Below, piece by piece: positions 53,263-64,000 of a stretch of DNA of 64,000 bases (the first letter of the stretch is position 1; each line of letters opens with the position of its first letter). This DNA is from the human T2T-CHM13v2.0 reference genome, Homo sapiens. The stretch lies in the NCBI RefSeq assembly GCF_009914755.1, contig NC_060938.1; one strand, written 5' to 3'. The notes under the pieces were generated by a model. That model had not been told where the DNA came from, made no database searches, and worked only from the letters and a program-made list of their open reading frames with translations. Both the position numbers and the translations under genes were made by a program.

Positions 53263-54629
53263 CAAAATGGATCAAAGACCTAAATGTAAAAGCTAAAATT
53301 ATAAAACTAGTAGAAGAAAACATAGGAAAAAATATTTATTTTGGATTTGGTAATAACTTCTTTTGTTGTTGTTTGAGATGGAGTCTCACTCTGTTGCCCA
53401 GGCTGGAGTGCAAAGGCATGATCTCAGCTCACTAGCTCACTGCAACCTCTGTCTCCCAGGTTGCAACAGTTCTTCTGCCTCAGCCTCCCAAGTAGCTGGG
53501 ATTATGGATACCCACCATCATGCCTGGCTAGTTTTTGTATTTTAATAGAGATGGGGTTTCACCTTGTTGGCCAGGCTGGTTGTGAACTCCTGACCTCATG
53601 TGATCCACCTGCCTTGAGTTCCCAAAGTGCTGAGATTACATATGTGAGCTACCATGCCCAGCCTGGTCATAGCTTTTTAATATATATCACCAAATGCACA
53701 GGCAACAAAGATAAAAATAGATAAATTGGACTACATCAAAATGAAAACCTCTGTGCATCAAAGGCACAATTATAGCCTTCCTGAGCAAAAAGGAAACCTA
53801 TGAAATGAGGGAAAATATTTGCAAATCGTATATCTAATGAGGGATTAACATTCAGAATGTATAAATAACTCCTGTAACTCAACAATAAAAACAAAAATAA
53901 GACAAAGAAAAAACAACAAAACTTTGATTAAAAAATGGACAAAGAGCTTGAATAGACACTGATTTAATGAACATACACAAATGTCCAACAAGGACACAAA
54001 AATAAGCTCAATGTCACTAATAATTAGAAAATACAAATCAAAGCCACAATGAGATACCACCTCGCACCCATTAGGATGGCTACTGTCAAATAAATAAAAT
54101 AACAAATGTTGGCAAGAAAGCGAAGATGTTGAAATTTTTGTGCATTGTTAATGGTAATATAAAATGGTGTAGCCACTATGAAAAATAGCATCGTGTTTCC
54201 TCAGAAAACTGAAAATAGAATTATCATGGGATTTTCCAATTTCACTTTTGGGTATATACTTACAAGAACTGAATGAAGATCTGGAATAGATCTGAAACAT
54301 GGGTCTGTGTACTCATGTTCACAGCACCAAAATTACTAATAGTCAAAAGGTGTAGGCAACCTAACTGTCCATTGACAGATGCATGAATAAAGAAAATGTG
54401 GTAAATACATGCAATGGAAATTTATTCAGCCTTATAAAGGAAAGAAATTCTGATACATGCTACATGGATGAACCTTGAGGGGGATTATGTAAAGTGAAAT
54501 AAGCTAGTCACAAAAAGACAAATACTATATGATTACCCTTATATGAGATTCCTAGAATAGGTAAACACACACAAAGAAAATATAGACTGGTGGTTTGCAG
54601 GAGCTTGAGACAAGAAAAACAAGGAGTCA
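53263..54629 (+). mobile_element. L1MB-type ORF2 3' end and 3'UTR
   Basis: TCAAAATGGATCAAAGACCTAAATGTAA...CATGGATGAACCTTGAGG...CACAAAAAGACAAATACT. Confidence 0.8.
53360..53667 (-). mobile_element. Alu (AluS) in L1MB, with an 8-bp internal duplication
   Basis: Reverse Alu; AGCTCACT twice; TSD-like GGTAATAACTTCTT / GGTCATAGCTTTTT. Confidence 0.9.
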
Positions 54630-54990
54630 TTTTTGAAACTTTAAGTTCAGGGGTATATGTGCAGGTTTATTACATAGGTAAATTTGTGTCATATGGGTCT
54701 GCTGTATATATTATTTTGTCACCCAGGTATTAAGTCTAATACCCATTAGTTATTTTTCCTGATCCTCTCCCTCCTCCAACCCTCCACCCTCAGATAGGCC
54801 CCAGTGTGTGGTGTTCCCCTCTATGTGTCCATGTTTTCTCATTGATTAGCTCCCACTTATAAGTGAGGACATGTGGTATTCAGTTTTATGTTCCTGTATT
54901 AGTTTGCTAAGGATAATGGCCTCCAGCTCCATCCATGTTCCTGCAAGGGACCATGATCTCATTCTTTTTTATGGCTGCATAGTATTCCAT
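54630..54990 (-). mobile_element. L1PA (PA13-like) 3' end
   Basis: TTAAGTTCAGGGGTATATGTGCAGG...CCTGATCCTCTCCCTCCTCC...GGATAATGGCCTCCAGCTCCATCCATG. Confidence 0.85.
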
Positions 54991-55199
54991 TTCAATACCT
55001 ACTTATCACTTCCTTTTCACTCCTTGATTCAGGGAATTTGATCAATAAGGCCTTTGTATTTTTGTATTTCACTTTCTGTTACCATTAACAATTCTTTTTT
55101 TTTTTTTTTTTCGTTTTTGTCATCCTACGCTAGCACCTAATGTTTCTGGAGCTCTCCCTAATAGATTTGGCACACCTCTTAGCCTCTCTCCTCTGAATC

Positions 55200-55370
55200 A
55201 TAATTTTACTCTGGACTGCATATTAGAATCATGATTAGAGCTTTAAAGCACCTCGGTCCTTCCCTCAATCATTTGAATCAGAAATGTTAGGGATAGGGCC
55301 ACACTAATATCATGTTTAAACTCTTATCACGTGACTTACATGCAGCGTGTGGATTGAAAACAACTGTTCT
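55200..55370. mobile_element. MER5B-like MITE
   Basis: CTGCATATTAGAATCA...GAATCAGAA...TTGAAAACAACTG. Confidence 0.55.
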
Positions 55371-56066
55371 GTCTTTTCTTATTTTTCTTTCCATTTAATT
55401 TTACCTTCCTTTGTTCCAGTCCCTCGAGATCTCATTAACAAAAAGGGAAATTAGTATTTTATTAGACCATTCTCAAGAGTTAATAACTGATATTATTAAA
55501 ATGAAAGTATAAAACATAACCCATTAACATAAAAGCATTTTATCTTTCTGAAAAACAAAAACCTAGACAGAAACATCTGTCTTAGGTAAAATATAATGGC
55601 AATTATGGTAATTGCTTGCATCGGAAAAATGCTACATTCATTTGGCTTCTAATAAAATGGAGGGCATTTTTTTTTTTTTTTTGCTTCTCCACACAAATAT
55701 GGTGAGATGGTTACTTATCCCATCTATAATTGGGCCCACCCTAAGATATATGTTTCAAGTTTGTCAGATTTGTATTACTGTCTTTTAAGTAAAGAAAAGA
55801 GTTACTATGCATATGCAACAGCCTTTTCTAAACCACAAATTCAGATTCCTTGGTCAGATAAATATAGGAAAGCCTAACGCCTATAACACTCTCCTGGAAA
55901 TTACCATTCTTAGCTTGTAAAAAGATCCACAATCTCAACCAAACACAAACTTTTTGGTATATCACTTAGCATTCTCCCAATGTGTTTCACCAGTATAATC
56001 TGTTACTAAAGTACATCTGGATACAAGTGCTCAGCAGACTATAATTTGGGAAACATTATTATACAG

Positions 56067-56433
56067 TGTTGTTTGCTGAATAGTTTCTCCCCTAAATTCA
56101 TATGCTAAGGCCCTAGCCACCCCCCACCAATATCTCAGAATGTAAGTGTATTTGGAGATAAGATCTTTAAAGGGGTAATTAATGTTAAATGAGATCATTA
56201 GGGTGGGACCTTATCCAGTCCCTGTAAATGGTGTCCTTAAACAAAGTCAGACAAGACCATGTAAAGACAAAGGGAAAAGACAGTCATCTACAAGCCAAGA
56301 AGAGAGGTCTCAAAATTAAATCAGTCCTGCCAACACCTTGATTTCAGACTTCTAGCTCCTAGGACTGTGAGAAAATATTTTCTGTTAAATCATCCAGTCT
56401 AGGGTGTATTTTGGCAGCTCTAGCAAAATAAAG
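56067..56433 (+). mobile_element. MLT1B solo LTR
   Basis: CTCAGAATGTAAGTGTATTTGGAGATAAG...CCTGCCAACACCTTGATTTCAGACTTCTAG. Confidence 0.75.
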
Positions 56434-59400
56434 TCCTATATTACACATTTTTAGGCACTTGCTACTTTTAGCAGAAATATGAATATCTATAATTAGAATG
56501 CAGTTAGTGATACTTTAATGTCAACAATTAAGGCGTTAATATCACTGTATATTCCTGGTGCACTACAGCCTACAAAACATAACATTCATTTATTAACCCC
56601 AATAACAAGGTAGCTAGTATTGTCCATTTCATTAATGAGAGAAAAATCTCTTACAAGTTACAAAATTTATACAGAGCTATATGTCCATAGAGTACTGTTG
56701 ATAGGCCCAGAATTTGGGTCCTCTTATTCTATGTCCAAGGCTAAAACAGAATAAAACCATTATTTTAGAATTGTCTCACAATAAACCATCAATAAAACCT
56801 TCCCAAATGGCAAATTAACATCCTACTTGATGTTGGACTGAAGAAGCAGCACAGTAAGAATAGTTAACAGGCTTCCATCTGTGGGAATGTTTTTCTGGAA
56901 GCAATGCATCTCTAAAATGTTTTAATGTCTAATTTATAGCTTAGATAAGAAATACTGTGACTTCAGATTGCTTGCTCAATATACAACAGAATTATTTATA
57001 ATAGATTGATAAGTATTTCGTGGGAAACTAGAAAGTACAGTGCACAGTAAATGTATAAAGCATAAAATGAGGAATATGACAAAATTGAATCTATATAACA
57101 TGATGCCCTAAAAGAAAACAGAGAATAAATCAATTAGGTATATAAAGAATCACAGAGATTGCATGAGTCTGGAAAAATTTTCTATCCTATAATATTAAAT
57201 ATGGGCTATCACTTTATTTTGCCTAAAATATTGGGGACTTGAACTTATTTAGTTCAGCATGTAATACTTGAAAATATTTAACCAATTAGGATATATTTTA
57301 GTTAAACAAAGCAAAATCCAGTAGTTTCATTCTAATAAAAAGAAAGCATATGTACAATGTGGTTTTCATTATAGCATCAATTTGCCATCATGATCAATGC
57401 AATTTGTCACTCTGATATGTCCTATGAAAACAACCCCAGAGGTGACCAGTAATGCTGATATCCACATCTGAACTGGGTGGATCAATAAAGGCATCATACA
57501 ATTTATTAATATCTTGGTACCAAAATAATTAAATGGCTGATACAGTTTTAAGTCATGGTAAGTTACACAAGCCAAATAACCAATATATCATGTGTAAATA
57601 AAAGAAATGATGTCCCCTTCTTCCCTATTCCTGTTAGTTTTAAAAGAATGACTTAATAGGATTGTCTTCATTTAATTTCCCATATTTATAAGGATTAAAA
57701 TTTCTATGGTTTTGAAAAATTGCAGAAGGAAATTAAAAAAACTATGAAGATTATAAATGGTCCTAAATATACCACCTGTCTTCAGAGTAAAGGTTTTCCT
57801 TTAGGTGAATTTAAGTCATACGTTTACTTTTACCATAATAAGTCATCATCATTACCTACTCAGTCATCTGCATTCAAATCATGACAGGATGAGGTGTCAG
57901 TGACTACATAAATATAAATATTGTACACATGATCAAAATTGCACCATAGTGACTAACATCATGCCTAAAGGGAAAAGCAAGACTTCCAGAAAAAGATCCA
58001 TGAAGGGCTTTCAGTCACATTTTAACTAAAAAGCCAAGGTTATTTCTGAAGAGATCAGCCTTAATCATGCTGAAGTATTTGTAATCAGCATTAGACTATT
58101 TTTCTGGGCCTACAATTGAGTATTGAAAAACGCTGGCCTCAAAGCACACTTGCTGTTTTATCATTATAGAACCCAGCAGCTTTGATTTTAATTCAGTGAA
58201 ATATTGCCTAATATTGACAGTTTTCCACCAACTAATCTAAAAACTGGGCTTATAAGAATAGTATTTCCCTTACTCCTGATTGTGTCAACTTAAATGGCAA
58301 ATATAAAGAAGTACTACATAATTTTAAAAATATCTTGCATATTAAAGCATTGTGTTTTAACTGTTCAAATGTTATAATCAACATGTTCATTACAATTTTA
58401 TTCACAACAAATGTGGAACAATCTAAACATTGACAGAAGGGTAATAAATAAATATAGAGTGTTTATATACCATATGATAATATTGCATAATCATAATGTG
58501 TATGAACTAACTCACTTTAGTAAATTGTAAATATGCTCACAATAAAGTGTGAAAAGAAAAACAGAGGAAACTATAAAATATGGGTTCAATTGTATAAGGC
58601 AAAATGCAGTTGGACATACATCCAATATATTTTTAGTGGTGTCTCTTTATAAAGGTTAAAGATAATTTTGTTTTCTTTTGAAATATTTTTACATTTTTCA
58701 AATTTTGCTCAAGGGTCATAAATTACTTACATAATCAGAAAATGTGTCTCTTTATTGATAGCTCACTTATGTAATCTTGGGCATGGTCTATTTAAATTCA
58801 CTGAAGCACCACCAAAATTGAGTAACCATACATTCTTTCATGCTCTGACAAAATTCCAGTTCCTTAGAAAACACCTTGAGCTTCACCCCACTTTGCATTA
58901 TTTTCATTCCATATGCCATGAGCAAAGATGGGATGTAGGAAGACTTGTCAGAGCCTGATCAGCATCAATGGCTTTATTCTATTCTTTTTTAGTTTCTCTT
59001 TTCTTGGTCCTGTACTAACTGCATAACTTTTCTTGATGAGCATCTAACAAGGGGAAGATGATGGCCATGCAGCAGGAGAAGCAGTCAGTTATAGTAAAAG
59101 CTTGATATACTGCAAGATGAGGCCAAAAGTCTGTGAGGAGGAGCTAAGAGATGGAAGCTTAAGCCTTATCCTGGTACTTACCCAGCCATGTGCTTGAGAG
59201 TACATTATTAACCTCTCTCAGCCTGATTTCTTTGTGCAATATTAGGAAAAGGTCACCCATATGACATGCACTGTTTTGGTCCTATCAGGACATGCCTGAC
59301 ACTGGGCAACGTATTTCTCATGTAGGAACAAACAGCTCCCACAATCACAAGGCTGTCATTTTGTAGCAGGCAAATGGGAGGCTGATTTCTTGCCTTTTAC

Positions 59401-60024
59401 CTGCAATTTATCATGCTGAGAATAGCTATTTAATATTAATGAAATCTGGCTTTCTGACTTTCCACTGCTTAATTTCATCTTTAAAAATAAACAAAATTAT
59501 TCAAATCTTTTAACAAATTTCATCAACCTTCATGTTTGATGACTAACTCTGTCCCAAATATATGACTGCGTGTAAATGGTTCCAAAACTATTAATTTGAT
59601 GAAGCCAAACAGCATTTGATGCAGATATAAAGAAACAAAGGCAAAAATGCAAAAGAATTCAAATGAGATGGGAAAAAGTATCTATGAAGTAATGTAACTG
59701 CTCTACTAACAAGGAAATGCACTGATGAAACAGTAATCTACTAAATATGTTACTTAACAGAAACAACACATTAGTTGTCTGGCTTCTCATAGACTTAACA
59801 ATTTGATTGGCAGAAATTTTAATGTCCAATACATGCTCCAAGTGTCCTGACTCTGCCTCTCAACTCACTACACATTTCATATAAGACAATTTTTAAATTA
59901 TGTGTTAGACTAATTAATTTAATCATACTTCATAAGAGATAGAGAGTGAGAAAGACAGGAAGATAGAGAGAGATTTAATGGCTGTTGTGTCTAGATTACG
60001 AGGAGGTATTTAATAAAAGACTTG

Positions 60025-60100
60025 GCAGTGAGCTGAGACTGCACCACTGCACTCCAGCCTGGGTGCAGTCAGAGTGAGACTCTGACTCAAAAGAAAAAAA
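60025..60100 (+). mobile_element. Alu 3' fragment
   Basis: GCAGTGAGCTGAGACTGCACCACTGCACTCCAGCCTGGG plus A-rich tail. Confidence 0.85.
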
Positions 60101-60103
60101 TAA

Positions 60104-60798
<695 letters not shown>

Positions 60799-61269
60799 TA
60801 ATTTTTGGTCTTTTATTACTGTCATAAAGGTGGCATCAAAACTTCTATTGGAAAATTGTTATTTCACATTCCAACTACAGCATCTTGTTCAGTATATGGG
60901 AGAGTGGTACAGCCTGTAGTGTGTTCTGTTATCTATATTCTTATTCTGGTTCATCTCATACTGTTTAGAAGATAAATAATATCCTATGTTCATCATTCTT
61001 AAATTTGTCTGGTCATAACTTTTCTCTGATGGGACTCAAATGTCCAATGCCTTTTTAGATGTCTCCATTTGCATGTCCGATAGGTGTCTCAAAGTTAACT
61101 TACTTCTCACCCTACAAAGCAATAATGTTCCCATACCCACCTTCCAAGTTGTTGCCATCTCAGTTATTGGCAATAACTTTCACAAGCTGTTCAGGTCAAA
61201 ATCTTGCAATCGCTCTTAACTTTCTCTTTTCCTTGTCTTCATACCATCTTCCTCCAGGTTATGACCTAG

Positions 61270-62505
<1,236 letters not shown>

Positions 62506-63370
62506 GAATTACCCTTATGCCAAAGATGGGCAAGGACATAACAAAAAAAAAAAAAAAAAGAAAACTACAGGCTAACATCCTTTATAAATGCAGATGCAAA
62601 AACCCTCTACAAAATATTAAAAATTCTATATTGAACAGCACATTAAAATGATCATGCACTATGATCAATGAGATTTATCCTGGGATTCAAGGATAGTTCA
62701 ACATATGGAAATCCATAAATGTGACACACCACATTAACAAAATGAAGGTTACAAATCATATTATCATCTCAATAAATGCAGAAAAAGCATTTGAAAAGTT
62801 TCAACATCCTTTCATGATAAAAACTCTCAACAAATTAGGTGTAGAAGAATCTCAACAGAATAAAAGGGGCTGTAGATGACAAGACCACATGCCCGAAGGA
62901 AAAAACTGAAAGCTTTTCTCTAAGATAAGAAATAAGACAAGAATGCCTATTCTAGATACTTCTATTCAGTCTAGTATTGGAAGTCCTATCCAGAGCAATT
63001 AGGCAAAACAAATAAATAAAAGGCATCTACACTGAAAAGGAAGAAATTAAATTGTTCCTGACATGTAATGTGGATGACATGATCATATATATATATATGT
63101 GTTTGTGTGTGTGTGTATCCCTAAAGACTTCACACACCAAAACGTAGGACTAACAAATTCAGTAAAGTTGGAGGATACAAAATCACCATACAAAAATTAG
63201 ATTTTTTATTACACAGATATATTAATCACATTCCATGTCTCCGATCATGTTCAGTAATGTTTCTTTACACTAACAACAAATAATCAGAAAAATAAATGAA
63301 GAAAACAATTTCATTTACAATAGCATCAACAAAATAAAATACTTAGGCATAATTTTAAATAAGGAAGTGA
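62506..63370 (+). mobile_element. L1M ORF2 (RT region) fragment, sense, abutting the antisense fragment
   Basis: AAAACTACAGGCTAACATCC...GATGCAAAA...GCAGAAAAAGCATTTGA...GTCCTATCCAGAGCAATTAGGCAA. Confidence 0.85.
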
Positions 63371-64000
63371 TCATTATGTTTATTTTATAATGGAAAATCT
63401 AGACACTTTCTCCCCATGTCCATTACTAAAAGTGCAAATAATTTGCAGGCAATATTATTAACTATAAGTTTTAAAAGAATAGGAAAATCAAATCAAAATA
63501 GTATTTATAAGGGGATATGGCAAAAAAAAGTCTGAAAAATAATTTTAGGACCATGGAATTCGTCAGCTCCCTTTGAGAACAAAAGGCTTCCATGATCAAA
63601 AAATATTTGAAATATTGAATTTAACAGTTCAAATAAGTTCATTTATATTGAGTTTCTCAGAACCTTTAATATGGAGATATTAAGAATTTCACAGAAGGTG
63701 ATACAGTATGAAGAATATTCAAAATGTATTTGGGCATAAAATTATTTTATTTGAGAAGAATCCTACATCAGATTTGGGAAATAGCACCTTAAATTAAAGT
63801 TTTAGGCTTAAACTTCTGTACACTTCCAGCTTTGTTGTTATTGACATTGTTGCTGCTGCTATTGTAGTTGTTTTGTTGTTGGGTATTTTCATCTTCTCAA
63901 ACCCTGAATATTTGAATATTCTAGGGCTATGTTCTTCAGATTCTTTCTTCTAATCTCTCAAGTAATTATTTCACTTCCATGGTTTTAAACACTATCAATA

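Overview
AT-rich, CpG-poor primate (human-like) non-coding DNA, either gene desert or a large intron. It has no credible protein-coding gene and no CpG island. Most recognisable sequence is transposable element. There are two full-length THE1 (MaLR) proviruses with TSDs and a full-length old L1PA15-17-type LINE carrying a ~113-bp tandem monomer array, a nested MER75 piggyBac MITE and an Alu. About 14 Alus or Alu fragments, many solo LTRs, an ERVL/ERV3-16A3-like remnant, hAT and mariner relics, a 3'-truncated U6 pseudogene and several microsatellites are also present. The standout is a ~610-bp insert (about 45243-45856) that interrupts an L2 relic and lacks TE hallmarks. Its translation, allowing frameshifts, shows residues resembling the pre-A, A, B and C motifs of a segmented negative-strand RNA virus (bunyavirus-like) L polymerase, in the right order and spacing. 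It is therefore a candidate non-retroviral endogenous viral element. Family and subfamily names and viral motif comparisons are from memory of consensus sequences and need confirmation by RepeatMasker/HMM searches.
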